Shown here: in pieces, positions 10,031 through 20,288 of the stretch | Numbering within the stretch: the stretch's first letter is position 1 | Layout: every line of letters starts with the position of its first letter | Origin: Alphaproteobacteria bacterium | Lineage (GTDB): Bacteria; Pseudomonadota; Alphaproteobacteria; Bin95 | Length of the DNA: 64,000 nt | Direction of reading: 5' to 3' | Assembly: GCA_963665325.3 (NCBI GenBank) | Contig: OZ224045.1 | Location: forward strand, 1,440,001 to 1,504,000 | Program-made: the position numbers and the translations under genes | Notes under the pieces: model-generated | What the model was told of the DNA's origin: nothing | The model's database searches: none | What the model saw: only the letters and a program-made list of their open reading frames with translations

Positions 10031-11025
10031 CCGAAGCCGCCGCCGCGCTCGAGACGGTCGATGTCACCTGCGTTTTTCAGGTGGGGCAGGGCTTCCTGCG
10101 TGGCGCGAAGCCGCTTCGCGCGGTCAATGGCGTCTCGCTGAAAATCCCGCAGGGTCAGGTCGTGGGGCTGGTGGGCGAGTCTGGCTGCGGCAAGAGCACG
10201 ATGGCGAACATCCTGCTTGGGCTCCAAAAGCCCAGTTCGGGGGATGTGCTATATTCCGGCAATAGCGCGGCCGGCTTCTCCCGCCGCCAAATCGCGCGTC
10301 GAATCCAGCCGATTTTCCAGGACCCCTATTCTTCGCTCAACCCGACAAAGACCATCGAGTCGATCGTCTCCCAGCCGCTCAAGATCCACAATGTCGGCGA
10401 GCCGTCGGAATGCTCTGCGAAAGTTGCCGAGATGCTCGATGTCGTCGGGCTGCCGCGCCGGGTGGCATCGAGCTACCCAAGCCAGCTTTCCGGCGGCCAG
10501 CGCCAACGCGTGGCGATCGCCCGGGCGCTGGTCATGCGCCCCGAGGTGGTGATCTGCGACGAGCCGACCTCGGCCCTCGATGTCTCGGTGCAGAGCCAGA
10601 TCCTCAATCTGCTGCAAGATCTGAAGGAAGAGCTGGGCCTCACCTATCTGCTCATCAGCCATAATCTGGCTGTGGTCCAGCACATGGCCGATCGGGTCGC
10701 GGTGATGTATCTCGGCCGGATCGTCGAGGAGGCGGATGCGGAAACGCTCTTCAACGACCCGCGCCATCCCTATACAAGGGCGCTCCTCGGTTCGGTGCTT
10801 ACGCCTGACCCGCGCCTCGGCGTTCCCGATACGCATCTCGGCACGGTCTTCCCGAACCCGATCGACCCTCCGCCCGGCTGCTCGTTCCATCCGCGTTGCT
10901 CGGAGTGCATGGAGATTTGCAGGTCGCGGGCGCCTCGACCGGTCGTGGATGGCGGCCACGAGACCGAGTGCCACCTCTACGGCAACACCGGCGGGCAGGA
11001 TCGACACGTCGCGCATAACGATTGA
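10027..11025 (+). CDS. Peptide ABC transporter ATP-binding protein (DppF-like)
   Basis: GESGCGKS, FQDPYSSLNP, CDEPTSALDVS, GCSFHPRC; GTG start overlaps the previous stop. Confidence 0.9.
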   Translation: MTEAAAALETVDVTCVFQVGQGFLRGAKPLRAVNGVSLKIPQGQVVGLVGESGCGKSTMANILLGLQKPSSGDVLYSGNSAAGFSRRQIARRIQPIFQDPYSSLNPTKTIESIVSQPLKIHNVGEPSECSAKVAEMLDVVGLPRRVASSYPSQLSGGQRQRVAIARALVMRPEVVICDEPTSALDVSVQSQILNLLQDLKEELGLTYLLISHNLAVVQHMADRVAVMYLGRIVEEADAETLFNDPRHPYTRALLGSVLTPDPRLGVPDTHLGTVFPNPIDPPPGCSFHPRCSECMEICRSRAPRPVVDGGHETECHLYGNTGGQDRHVAHND

Positions 11026-11039
11026 ATGGGGGGACAAAC

Positions 11040-12497
11040 ATGAAAGTCTTCATCGCCTGCCTCGGGACCGAGACCAACACCTTCTCGTCCATGCCGACCG
11101 GCGTGCGGACCTTCGAGGACACGATGCTGTTCCGCGGCGATGCCACCCGGCATCCCCCCACAGCGTTCAGCATGCCCCTGCATGTCTGGCGCACCGCCAC
11201 CGAGGAGCGCCAGGGCCAGGTGGTCGAGAGCATCGCCGCCTTCGCCCAACCCGCCGGGCTGACCGTCCGCAGGGTGTATGAGGGGTTCCGCGACGAGATT
11301 CTGGACGACCTGCGCGCGGCGCTGCCGGTCGATATCGTGCTGCTGTCGATGCACGGCGCCATGACCGCCGAAGGTTACGAGGATTGCGAGGGCGATCTGC
11401 TCGCCCGCGTGCGCGAGATCGTCGGGCCGGATGTCGTCATTGGCGGTGAGCTGGACCTTCACTGCTCGATTACCCCGGCGATGGTCGAGAACGCGGATGC
11501 GCTCGTCGTTTTCAAGGAGTATCCGCACATCGATGTCGGCGAGCGAGCGGCCGAGCTCTTCGATATCTGCCTCGCCGCGCACCAGGGCGATGCGAAGCCC
11601 GTCATGGCCGTCCATGATTGCCGGATGGTCGGCATGTGGCGCACGCCGGTCGAGCCGGTGCGCAGCCTCGTCGAGGAAATGCAGGCGGCTGAAGGCAGGG
11701 ACGGCATCCTCTCCGTCTCCTTCGCGCACGGCTTCCCTTGGCAAGACGTGCCCGAAACCTCCGCCAAAATGCTGGTTATCGCCGATGGCGATGCAGAAAT
11801 TGCAGCCGAGACCGCGCGGGCCTTCGGAAAGAAGATCTGGGAGCAGCGCGGCGAGACGCAGCAGGAAAGCGCGACGATCGACGAGGCGCTCGACCTGATC
11901 GAAGCGGGTCCCGGCCCGGTGGTCGTGGCCGATGTCGCGGACAATGCCGGCGGCGGCGCGCCCTCGGACTCGACCTTCCTGCTGTCCCGCGCGCTCGAAC
12001 GCGGCGCAACGGGGCTGCTATCGGGCTACTACTGGGATCCGGTCGCCGTGCGCTTCTGCGAAGAGGCGGGAGAAGGCGCCACGATTCGGCTCCGCGTTGG
12101 AGGCAAGTGCGGGCCGGACTCGGGCGACCCGGTGGACCTGACCGTCACGGTGAAGCGCATTCTGGAGGGCGCCAGCCAAAGCTTCGGCGAAGCCACGATG
12201 GGCATGGGGACAGCCGTCTGGTTGTCGGCGGACGCGGGTATCGACCTCATCCTCACTTCGACCCGAACACAGGTCTTCCATCCGAACGGCATGACGCAGC
12301 TCGGCATTGACCTCGCCGGCTACAAGGGCATCGCCGTCAAATCGACCCAGCATTTCTATGCCGGGTTCGCGCCGGTCGCATCGCGGATCGAATATATCGC
12401 CTGCGAGGGCGCGATTCCGCCGGACTTTGCGACGATCCCCTTCCAACGCTTCGCCGCCCCCTACTGGCCGCGCGTCGAGAATCCTTACGAGGACTGA
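11040..12497 (+). CDS. M81 family (MlrC-like) metallopeptidase
   Basis: ETNTFS, MHGA, DLH, YPHID, DNAGGG and KSTQHF motifs. Confidence 0.88.
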   Translation: MKVFIACLGTETNTFSSMPTGVRTFEDTMLFRGDATRHPPTAFSMPLHVWRTATEERQGQVVESIAAFAQPAGLTVRRVYEGFRDEILDDLRAALPVDIVLLSMHGAMTAEGYEDCEGDLLARVREIVGPDVVIGGELDLHCSITPAMVENADALVVFKEYPHIDVGERAAELFDICLAAHQGDAKPVMAVHDCRMVGMWRTPVEPVRSLVEEMQAAEGRDGILSVSFAHGFPWQDVPETSAKMLVIADGDAEIAAETARAFGKKIWEQRGETQQESATIDEALDLIEAGPGPVVVADVADNAGGGAPSDSTFLLSRALERGATGLLSGYYWDPVAVRFCEEAGEGATIRLRVGGKCGPDSGDPVDLTVTVKRILEGASQSFGEATMGMGTAVWLSADAGIDLILTSTRTQVFHPNGMTQLGIDLAGYKGIAVKSTQHFYAGFAPVASRIEYIACEGAIPPDFATIPFQRFAAPYWPRVENPYED

Positions 12498-12544
12498 AGG
12501 TTGTGCCGCCGATACTTGGCGGCATTCCGGGTCATTGGTTTAGT

Positions 12545-12620
12545 TGGTGCCGCGCAAAGGATTCGAACCCTTGACCTGCCGATTACAAATCGGCTGCTCT
12601 ACCGACTGAGCTAGCGCGGC
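12545..12620 (-). tRNA. tRNA-Thr (anticodon TGT)
   Basis: Reverse complement GCCGCGCTAGCTCAGTCGGTAGAGCAGCCGATTTGTAATCGGCAGGTCAAGGGTTCGAATCCTTTGCGCGGCACCA: 76 nt, cloverleaf, TTCGA loop, encoded CCA. Confidence 0.97.
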
Positions 12621-12632
12621 ATCGGGCGCATT

Positions 12633-13655
12633 CTACGCGCTTGGCGCTGTCCGCGAAACGGCCTGCCGGCGCTGCGGCCTGCCGTTCGCGGCCTGTGCGA
12701 AACTGCGCTGGTAGCGCCCGGGCGTAGTGCCGACCAGGCGTCGGAAATGGTGGCGGAGGGTTTCGACCGAGCCGAAGCCGGACTGCGCCGCGATTTGCTC
12801 CACGGTGAGGTCGGTCGTCTCGGCAAGCTGCCGGGCAAGGGCGATACGTTGGCGGGCGAGCCACTCGCCGGGCGTTGTCCCGAGCGTCTTCCGGAAACGG
12901 CGCTGGAAGGCCCGGAGGCTCATCCCGGCGCGCCGGGCGAGGTCTCCGACGGTCAACTCCTCGTCGAGATGGCCGGGGAGCCAGTCGAGCAGCGCCGCCA
13001 GCCGGCCGTTGCCGGCCTCGCACGCGACGGGCGTTGCCACGAAGTGCTGCTGGCCGCCGTCCCGGTGTGGCGCCAGCACGAGACGGCGGGCAACATTGTT
13101 CGCAACCGCAGCGCCATGGTCCCGGCGGACGATGTGCAGGCAAAGGTCCAGGCCCGCTGCGCTGCCCGCCGACGTCAGCACCGACCCTTCGTCCACATAT
13201 AGGACATCGGGGTCCACTCGGATGTCGGGGTACCGCCGCGCCAGGGACTCGGTGTAGCGCCAATGGGTCGTTGCCCGCTTTCCGTCGAGCACGCCGGTAG
13301 CGGCCAGCACGAAGACGCCCGAGCAAATCGACACCAGCCGGCCGCCGCGTTCCGAAACGCGCATCAGCGCATCCAGCAAGGGCTGCGGGGGAGACTCGGT
13401 TTCGCCCCGCCAGCCGGGCACGATCACCGTGTCCGCCCGCTCAACCAGCGCCAGGTCGTAGGGAGCCTGCACCGCAAGACCGCCGGCCGCGTACAGCGGG
13501 CCCGGCTCGGCGGCGCAGACGTCGAAGCGGTACCAGGGACGGTCCAGCTCCGGCCGTGGCAGGCCGAAGATTTCGTAAGTGCAGCCGAACTCGAAGGTGC
13601 AGAGACCGTCATAAGCCAGCGCGACGACGCGCGAATGAAGCGGTTGACCCGGCAT
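12633..13655 (-). CDS. ftrA: GlxA/FtrA-type AraC family regulator (DJ-1/PfpI domain plus AraC HTH)
   Basis: LAYDGLCTFEFG, SICSG, ATTHW, TSAGSAAGLDL, HRDGGQ, double HTH. Confidence 0.85.
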   Translation of the reverse strand: MPGQPLHSRVVALAYDGLCTFEFGCTYEIFGLPRPELDRPWYRFDVCAAEPGPLYAAGGLAVQAPYDLALVERADTVIVPGWRGETESPPQPLLDALMRVSERGGRLVSICSGVFVLAATGVLDGKRATTHWRYTESLARRYPDIRVDPDVLYVDEGSVLTSAGSAAGLDLCLHIVRRDHGAAVANNVARRLVLAPHRDGGQQHFVATPVACEAGNGRLAALLDWLPGHLDEELTVGDLARRAGMSLRAFQRRFRKTLGTTPGEWLARQRIALARQLAETTDLTVEQIAAQSGFGSVETLRHHFRRLVGTTPGRYQRSFAQAANGRPQRRQAVSRTAPSA

Positions 13656-13754
13656 GGTGGCGCGATCTTACCGAGAATGGGCAAAAACGCCACGGGACGA
13701 GCCGGCGCGCGTGTCCAATCATGTACGACGACCGGACTCTGTAAGGAACCGCCG

Positions 13755-14366
13755 ATGCTTCGCCTCTACGACAACCACACCTCCGGCAACGGCTACAAGC
13801 CGCGCCTGCTGCTCGCCCATCTCGGCACTGCCTTCGAGCGCATCGAGGTCGATATCGACAAGCGAGAGTCCCGCACGCCTGCCTTCCTCGAGAAGAACCC
13901 GAACGGGCGCATTCCCGTGCTGGAACTAGAGGACGGCGCCTGCATCGCGGAGTCCAACGCGATCCTGTTCTATCTGGCGGAAGGTTCGCGCTTCCTGCCT
14001 TCGGAGCGGCTCGCCCGTGCGCTCACCCTGCAATGGATGTTCTTCGAGCAATACAGCCACGAGCCGTTCATCGCCGTCGCGCGCCACTGGATCCATACAG
14101 GAATGAACGATGAGCAACGTGCCCAGCTGCCCGCCAAACAGAAGGGCGGCCGCGCCGCGCTCGCGGTCATGGAAGACCGGTTGGGCAAGGCGGACTGGTT
14201 CGGCGGCGAAGGAATGACCGTCGCCGACATCGCGCTCTACGCCTATACGCATGTCGCCGAGGAAGGCGGTTTCGACCTCGGGGAATTTCCAGCCGTGCGC
14301 GCCTGGCTCGACCGGGTCGCGGCGGAGCCGGGGCATGTTCCGATGGCCGTGGAGGGGATATCCTGA
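13755..14366 (+). CDS. Glutathione S-transferase family protein
   Basis: SGNGYK, NPNGRIPVL, AESNAIL, FFEQYSHEP, ADIALYAY. Confidence 0.9.
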   Translation: MLRLYDNHTSGNGYKPRLLLAHLGTAFERIEVDIDKRESRTPAFLEKNPNGRIPVLELEDGACIAESNAILFYLAEGSRFLPSERLARALTLQWMFFEQYSHEPFIAVARHWIHTGMNDEQRAQLPAKQKGGRAALAVMEDRLGKADWFGGEGMTVADIALYAYTHVAEEGGFDLGEFPAVRAWLDRVAAEPGHVPMAVEGIS

Positions 14367-14413
14367 GGGCGAACCGGATCGAGGCCTGCCGCCTTGCGGC
14401 AAAAGGATGAAGG

Positions 14414-14893
14414 ATGACGAACGACAAGCCGCCGCCGGCGATTGCCGCCGTGGATGTTGCGCCCCGGACGAAGGCTTCCAACTACCCGGAACCCTTTTTC
14501 AGCCGTATGGCGCGCCGGGAGAAGCGGGCGCTCGGCGACTTCTTCGGCCTGAAGAATTTCGGCGTGAACCTGACGAGGATCGCGCCAGGCGGCGAGTCGG
14601 CGCTGATGCACACGCACAGCATGCAGGACGAGATGGTCTATGTGCTCGAAGGCGAGGCGGTGCTGGCAACTCCATCCGGCGAGACCCGGCTCGGGCCGGG
14701 CGACTGCGCCGGATTCCCGGCCGGGGGCGAGGCGCACCATATCCTCAACCGCACCGACCGGGATCTGCTGATTCTGGAAATCGGCGACAGGCCCGAGGGC
14801 GATGAGGGCAGCTATCCGCAGGACGATATCCAGGCCGTCATGGGCGCTGACGGCAAGTGGAGCTTCGCCCGCAAGGACGGCACGCCCTACTGA
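14414..14893 (+). CDS. Cupin domain protein
   Basis: GLKNFGVNL, HTHSMQDE, GFPAG..AH, LEIGDR. Confidence 0.85.
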   Translation: MTNDKPPPAIAAVDVAPRTKASNYPEPFFSRMARREKRALGDFFGLKNFGVNLTRIAPGGESALMHTHSMQDEMVYVLEGEAVLATPSGETRLGPGDCAGFPAGGEAHHILNRTDRDLLILEIGDRPEGDEGSYPQDDIQAVMGADGKWSFARKDGTPY

Positions 14894-14929
14894 CGCGGAG
14901 CGGGGTCCGCCGGACGCATCCGGCGGGCT

Positions 14930-15919
14930 TCAGCGCTCGTAATGTTCGGCTTCCCGCGGGCCGGCCCGCATGTCGTCGATGGCCCGTGTGACGTCCTCGA
15001 CCGCCGCCTCCAGGCGGGCGATGACCGCCTCCGGTTCCTGATGGAAAGGCAGGGTTTCGATCAAGGCTTCGAGCCGTCCTTGCGCGCGCCAGGCGGCATG
15101 CCTGGCCAGTTCCGTATAGATCGCCGCCTCGTCGTCGATGCCGAAGAGGTCGCGCATGCGGCTCTGGTCGTCCCGGCTCCGGTCCATAGCCACATAGGCA
15201 TTGACCATGGTGATGCGTTCGGCCCGCTCGGCCAGAGGGGCGGCGCGATGGACGACCATGTTGCCGTGGAGCGCGATGGCGTAGCCGGGGCCCGGGAAGT
15301 CCGGGACGACAACGCGGTCCCGGGGCGGCGTTCTGCCCTGGGCGGCGAGCGCGGCAGCCTCGGCCTTCGTGCCCATGAAATATTCGAACCGCCCGCCCGC
15401 CAGCCCCGCCGGGTCCGTCACCATCATCACGTAGTCGAGGGGGATTGTGTCGTGATGCCACTTGTCGACCGCTTCCGCGAGATTGGCGGGCTCGAAGTTC
15501 ATGTGTCCGAGATGCACGGGCATGGAATGAGGCGCAATGCGCGCGCCGTAGATGTCGGACATTGCCTGGGTGACCTCCGGGCTGATGCACAGATCCCGTA
15601 GCCAGCGGGAGCGGTAGCAGCCGCCCCGGACGACGTTCTCGATCCGGTTGCCGGCCCGGGCCGCCCAGGGCCGCAGGCGCCGAGCCGTTTCCAGCATGAT
15701 CCGGGCGCCGTCTTCGGAGAGCACGCGAAAGGGTGCCGAGACCGCGACCGGGGTGGCAGTCGGTTCGATCTCGGCCTCGCTGTAGCCGAACTCGGCCAGG
15801 CCGGTCACGCTTGCCGGCCGCTCCAGCGCCAGGTGCGTGTCGGGATCGAAAGGGACTTCGTCGGGAAGCCACTCGTAGCCGACCGGACGTTCTAGCGGAA
15901 AAGGCACCGCGACGTTCAT
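14930..15919 (-). CDS. Putative Fe(II)/2-oxoglutarate dioxygenase
   Basis: WHHD (HxD), distal VHRA and RITMV are consistent with a double-stranded beta-helix facial triad and a 2OG-binding Arg. Confidence 0.65.
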   Translation of the reverse strand: MNVAVPFPLERPVGYEWLPDEVPFDPDTHLALERPASVTGLAEFGYSEAEIEPTATPVAVSAPFRVLSEDGARIMLETARRLRPWAARAGNRIENVVRGGCYRSRWLRDLCISPEVTQAMSDIYGARIAPHSMPVHLGHMNFEPANLAEAVDKWHHDTIPLDYVMMVTDPAGLAGGRFEYFMGTKAEAAALAAQGRTPPRDRVVVPDFPGPGYAIALHGNMVVHRAAPLAERAERITMVNAYVAMDRSRDDQSRMRDLFGIDDEAAIYTELARHAAWRAQGRLEALIETLPFHQEPEAVIARLEAAVEDVTRAIDDMRAGPREAEHYER

Positions 15920-15974
15920 GGCGGGGTTCTCCCGTTCACAGGCGACCCGTGCCTTGCTCCGCCTGAGCCGGCCC

Positions 15975-16361
15975 TCAGCCGGAGCGGACGGCGATTGCCT
16001 CGATTTCCACCTTGAGTTCCGGCATGGCCAGCGCGCTCACCTCTACCAGAGTCGAGACCGGGAAATCGCCGGCGAAGAACTCGCGCCGCGCCCTCCAGAC
16101 CTCCTCGCGCCGCGAGATATCGGTGACATAGATCACGACCTTGACGACATCAGCCATCGACGCGCCGGCCGCGTCCAGCAGCTTGGCGATCTTGTCGAAA
16201 ATCGCCTGCGACTGCCCGTATTCGTCGTCGGCCAGGATTTGCGTTCCGGTGCGCGCCGTCATGCCGGCCACGAAGATATGGTTTCCCGCAACCAGGCAGT
16301 TGGACCATGTTTCCGGCGGCGGTTCGGCCACATCCGGATGGGTGACTCGCATGGCCGCCAT
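15975..16361 (-). CDS. RidA/YjgF family protein
   Basis: IFVAGMTA, DVVKV, FPVSTLVEVSAL..PELKVEIEA. Confidence 0.85.
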   Translation of the reverse strand: MAAMRVTHPDVAEPPPETWSNCLVAGNHIFVAGMTARTGTQILADDEYGQSQAIFDKIAKLLDAAGASMADVVKVVIYVTDISRREEVWRARREFFAGDFPVSTLVEVSALAMPELKVEIEAIAVRSG

Positions 16362-16375
16362 GGCTCTCTCCTCGG

Positions 16376-17713
16376 TCAAGCTTTCACGATCCGCGCCGGG
16401 CGCGGCCGCTCATCGTAAACATTGCGTGTATCGACGACCAGCGGCAGCGCCGCCGCCAAGGCCTCCCAGTCCACCGCATCGTGGTCGGTCACAGCCAGCG
16501 CGGCATCGAAACCGGCGAGCGCCTCCCGCGACCAGTCGATACATGGCGTGCCGGCCAGTTCGGGATGGGCGCGGGTGGCCGGAATCGCCAACACATGCGG
16601 GTCGTAATAGGCGACTTCGGCCCCGCGCTCCGCCAGCAGGTCCCAGAGGCGCAGCGCCGGGCTTTCGCGCGTGTCGTCGATGTTCTTCTTGTAGGCGACG
16701 CCGACCAGCAGGATACGGCTGCCCGCAAGCGCCGCGGGCGCCAGCGCCTCGGCCAGCCTTGCGACCACGCGCTCCGGCATTTCGGCGTTGATCTCGCCCG
16801 CGAGCTCGATGAAACGGCTCGGCAGACCGACGCTGCGCGCCTTCCAGGCCAGATAGAACGGGTCGATCGGGATGCAGTGGCCGCCCCAGCCCGGCCCCGG
16901 ATAGAAGGGCATGTAGCCGAAGGGCTTGGTACTCGCGGCCTCGACGACTTCCCAGATGTCCACATCCATTCCGGCGTAGATGCCCTTGAGTTCGTTGACG
17001 AGTGCGATGTTGACGGCGCGGAAGACATTTTCGGTGAGCTTCGCGGCTTCCGCCGCGGCCGGCGACGACACAGCGTGCACCGCCGGCGAAACGGCCTCGT
17101 AGAGCGTGCGGGCGAGCGCCAGCGCTTCGGGCCCGTCGGCGCCGACAACGCGCGGGATGCGCCGCTCGCCGCTGCCGGGAGATTCGCGTTCCGGCGCGTA
17201 GGCGAGGAAGAAGTCGCGTCCGCTTCGGAGCCCGCCTTCCTCCAGGATGGGTTTGACGACCTCGTCGGTTGTGCCGGGCCAGGTGGTCGATTCGAGAATG
17301 ACCAGCTGTCCCGGCCGGAGGGTTTCGGCGACGGCGCGAACGCTCGCCTCGACGAAGCGCAGATCCGGCTCCCGGTCCGGACCGAGCGGCGTCGGCACGC
17401 AGATCGCGATGACGTCGGCCTCGCCGAGGCGGGCGAAATCGTCCGTTGCCTCGAACCGTCCGCTCGCGGCCATCGCCGCAACCTCTCCGTCGGCGACATC
17501 CATGATGTAGGAGTGTCCGGCTGCGAGCAGCGGGGGCTTTTCCGGGTCCGTGTCGAACCCGGTTACGGAAAAGCCCGCCTCGTGAAAGGCGCGGGCCAAC
17601 GGCAGCCCAACATAACCGAGCCCGACGACGCCGATGCAGGCCCGGCGAACCTGCAGCTTGTTCAGCAAAGCTTCAGGCGTAGCTGCGTTCGCCTCCAACA
17701 TTCCTTCGTCCAT
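16376..17713 (-). CDS. Nucleotide-sugar (UDP-HexNAc-type) 6-dehydrogenase
   Basis: GLGYVGLP, CVPTP, LESTT, KLTENVFR.VNIA, GGHCIPIDP, YKKNIDDTRESP; only the 3' part of the 1098-aa track ORF is real. Confidence 0.9.
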   Translation of the reverse strand: MDEGMLEANAATPEALLNKLQVRRACIGVVGLGYVGLPLARAFHEAGFSVTGFDTDPEKPPLLAAGHSYIMDVADGEVAAMAASGRFEATDDFARLGEADVIAICVPTPLGPDREPDLRFVEASVRAVAETLRPGQLVILESTTWPGTTDEVVKPILEEGGLRSGRDFFLAYAPERESPGSGERRIPRVVGADGPEALALARTLYEAVSPAVHAVSSPAAAEAAKLTENVFRAVNIALVNELKGIYAGMDVDIWEVVEAASTKPFGYMPFYPGPGWGGHCIPIDPFYLAWKARSVGLPSRFIELAGEINAEMPERVVARLAEALAPAALAGSRILLVGVAYKKNIDDTRESPALRLWDLLAERGAEVAYYDPHVLAIPATRAHPELAGTPCIDWSREALAGFDAALAVTDHDAVDWEALAAALPLVVDTRNVYDERPRPARIVKA

Positions 17714-17868
17714 CAGGGATCGCTTCTCTTGTCGCACCGGGCCGAACGTCGTCTTCCCCGGGACTAGCGTCAAGGCGTCCCGGCCATCCATACGATCGTG
17801 ACGGCGAAGAACGGCATCTCGTCGGTCGAGATGGGCCGCCGGCGCGGCGCGGGAGCCGCCTCGGCCCC

Positions 17869-19344
17869 TCAGGCGCTCGAATCGGCCTCCTTGCCGAAGA
17901 GGCGGACCTGGGCACCGGCGAGCAGATCGGCGAGCCGGCCGCGAATGGCCCAGAGGCAAATGAGCGACGGGATCACCATGAGCGTGGTGATGACGAAGAA
18001 AGTGCCCCAGTCCCCTTCCAGCCAGTCCACCAGTTCGCCGGAGGAGGCGGCGAACAGGGTCCGCCCGGCCGTGCCGATGGACGCGAGCAGCGCATATTGG
18101 GTCGCGGTATAGGTCCGGTCCACCAGCATCGAGATGAAGGCGACGAAGGTGACGGTGGCAAACGCGCTGGTGAGGTCGTCCATCACGACGGCGGCGGCGA
18201 ACAGCAACTCCGACTTGCCCGACCAGGCCATGAGCGCGAACAGGAGGTTGGTCGCCGCCATGGCGATGCCGGAGACGAACATCGCCCGCACCAGCCCCAT
18301 GCGGATGGCGAACAGCCCCCCGAGCACGGTGAAGACCACAGTGGTGAGCCAGCCGAGGCCCTTGGAATAGACGGCAATGTCCGACTTCGAGAAACCTACC
18401 TCCTTGTAGAAGATCAGCGACATGCGCCCCATGAACGCCTCGCCGATCTTGAAGAGGAAAATGAAGCCGAGCACGGCGCCGGCGATGGCGAAGCCGTTGC
18501 GCCGGAAGAAGCTGAGCAGCGGGCCGCCGACCGTTCCGGCAAGCCACGCGGAGACACGGCCTGCCGGGCCGGGGACTCCGAACCGGGAAGCGATCAGCTG
18601 TTCGTCCCGGTCCTGCGCGGCGATGCGTTCGGCCGCGGACGGCTCGGGCACGAAAGCCAGGCCGATATTGCAGAGCACGACCACGATGCCGAGCACGAGG
18701 AACGTGGCCTGCCAGTACTGCTCGACGCCGGCCTGCTCGAAATACTGGGCGGCCTCCAGCGCGACGATGCCGCCGAGCTTGTAGCCTGTCCACCAGCCGA
18801 CCACGGCCACGGCCGCGCCCGCTGCCATGGAACCGCCCTCGTCCTTGCCGATCTGCTCGATCCGCAGCGCGTCCACGGCAATGTCCTGCGTGGCGGAGGC
18901 GACGGCGATGGCAAGCCCGATCGCAACGACGAGGCCGAGATCGGCAGTGGGTTCGACCGTACTCCACAAGATGAGGCAGATGAGGATGACCGCCTGAAGC
19001 GCCACGATCCAGGACCGCCGGTGGCCGAGCCGGTCCGCGATCCAGGGCAGGCGGATGCGGTCGATCAGCGGTGCCCAGAGGAAGTTGAACGCATAGACGC
19101 CGAAGATGAGCCCCGCCCATCCGATGGTGCTGCGGCTGAGCCCCTCCTCCTTCAGCCAGAGGTTCAGGCTGCTGCCGATGAGCACCCAGGGGAAGCCGCT
19201 CACGATGCCCAGCAGCAGGATCCGCGCCATGCGCCGTTCGAAATAGGTCGTCAGCGATTCCCGGAATTGCGCCACCCTGCCACCCCTCGTCTGCCGTTGG
19301 ACGCCGCCGAGGCTGCCGGTTTCGGCCGCGGCCTCCTCCCGCAT
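17869..19344 (-). CDS. ampG: AmpG family muropeptide MFS permease
   Basis: LGIVSGFP, FLWAPLID, ASATQDIAVDA, YTATQYALL; start uncertain. Confidence 0.85.
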   Translation of the reverse strand: MREEAAAETGSLGGVQRQTRGGRVAQFRESLTTYFERRMARILLLGIVSGFPWVLIGSSLNLWLKEEGLSRSTIGWAGLIFGVYAFNFLWAPLIDRIRLPWIADRLGHRRSWIVALQAVILICLILWSTVEPTADLGLVVAIGLAIAVASATQDIAVDALRIEQIGKDEGGSMAAGAAVAVVGWWTGYKLGGIVALEAAQYFEQAGVEQYWQATFLVLGIVVVLCNIGLAFVPEPSAAERIAAQDRDEQLIASRFGVPGPAGRVSAWLAGTVGGPLLSFFRRNGFAIAGAVLGFIFLFKIGEAFMGRMSLIFYKEVGFSKSDIAVYSKGLGWLTTVVFTVLGGLFAIRMGLVRAMFVSGIAMAATNLLFALMAWSGKSELLFAAAVVMDDLTSAFATVTFVAFISMLVDRTYTATQYALLASIGTAGRTLFAASSGELVDWLEGDWGTFFVITTLMVIPSLICLWAIRGRLADLLAGAQVRLFGKEADSSA

Positions 19345-19394
19345 TGTGCGGCGCGGCGGTTTTGCTACAGTCCCGGCGGCAAGGAGGCAAGACG

Positions 19395-20288
19395 ATGACG
19401 GACTTCGGACCCGACGCAATAGGGGGCATCGTGCCGCCCATGACGACGCCGTTTTCGGCGGCGGGCGAGATCGACGAGACGGCATTCCGCGCCGAGGCGC
19501 GCTTCCTGCTCGATGCCGGCGTCCACGGGCTTGCGGTCGCAGGCAGCACGGGCGAAGGCCATGCGCTTTCCACCGACGAGGTCTGCCGCCTTACGGCCAT
19601 CGCGGTTGAGGAGGCGGAAGGGCGCGTGCCGATTGTCGCCGGTATCATCGTCGATTCGACCCAGCAGGCCATCGACCGCGGCCGGGCGGCAGCCGAAGCC
19701 GGTGCGGCGGCGCTGCAGGTGACGCCCGTGCATTACCTCTTCCGGCCCGACGACGCCCATATGAAGGAGCATTTCCGCGAGATGGCCGAGGCCGTCGCTT
19801 CGCCCATCATCATCTACAATGTCGTGCCCTGGACCTATCTCTCGCCCGAACTCCTGGTCGAGATCATGACAGACATACCGGGCGTGGTCGGCGTCAAGCA
19901 GAGCGCAGGCGACCTCAAGCTGTTCGCCGACCTGATGGCGACCGCGCCGGAGGGCTCGCGCATCATGAGCGCGGTCGATGCGCTGATGTACCCTTCCTTC
20001 ACGCTCGGCGCGCACGGGGCGGTCGCGGCGATCCTGACGGCAGCGCCCAAAGCATCCGTGATCCTCTGGGACGCGGTGGCGGACGGCGACCACGCAAGCG
20101 CGCTCGACCTGCATTTGCGGCTGCTGCCGCTCTGGAACGCGATGATCGACGATAACCTCCCGGCGGCGGTCAAGGCCGCGCTGGACTTCCAGGGGGTCGC
20201 GGGCGGTCTGCCGCGCCGGCCGATGCCGGTGGCGTCCAACAGCCAGCGCAGCGCCATCGCCGCGGCCCTCAAGGAGTTGCCGCAATGA
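19395..20288 (+). CDS. Dihydrodipicolinate synthase/N-acetylneuraminate lyase family aldolase
   Basis: TTPF, GSTGEG, IYNV, GVKQS (Schiff-base Lys); AAGGAGG RBS. Confidence 0.85.
   Translation: MTDFGPDAIGGIVPPMTTPFSAAGEIDETAFRAEARFLLDAGVHGLAVAGSTGEGHALSTDEVCRLTAIAVEEAEGRVPIVAGIIVDSTQQAIDRGRAAAEAGAAALQVTPVHYLFRPDDAHMKEHFREMAEAVASPIIIYNVVPWTYLSPELLVEIMTDIPGVVGVKQSAGDLKLFADLMATAPEGSRIMSAVDALMYPSFTLGAHGAVAAILTAAPKASVILWDAVADGDHASALDLHLRLLPLWNAMIDDNLPAAVKAALDFQGVAGGLPRRPMPVASNSQRSAIAAALKELPQ

Noticed and set aside
12497-12620. tRNA-Thr as the attachment site of an integrated element
   Set aside because: No integrase nearby, no duplicated tRNA 3' end noticed, and flanking genes have host-like composition
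16376-19672. 1098-aa fusion protein in the ORF track
   Set aside because: The upstream two-thirds is an Arg/Gly-rich off-frame reading of ampG; only 16376-17713 looks like a real protein
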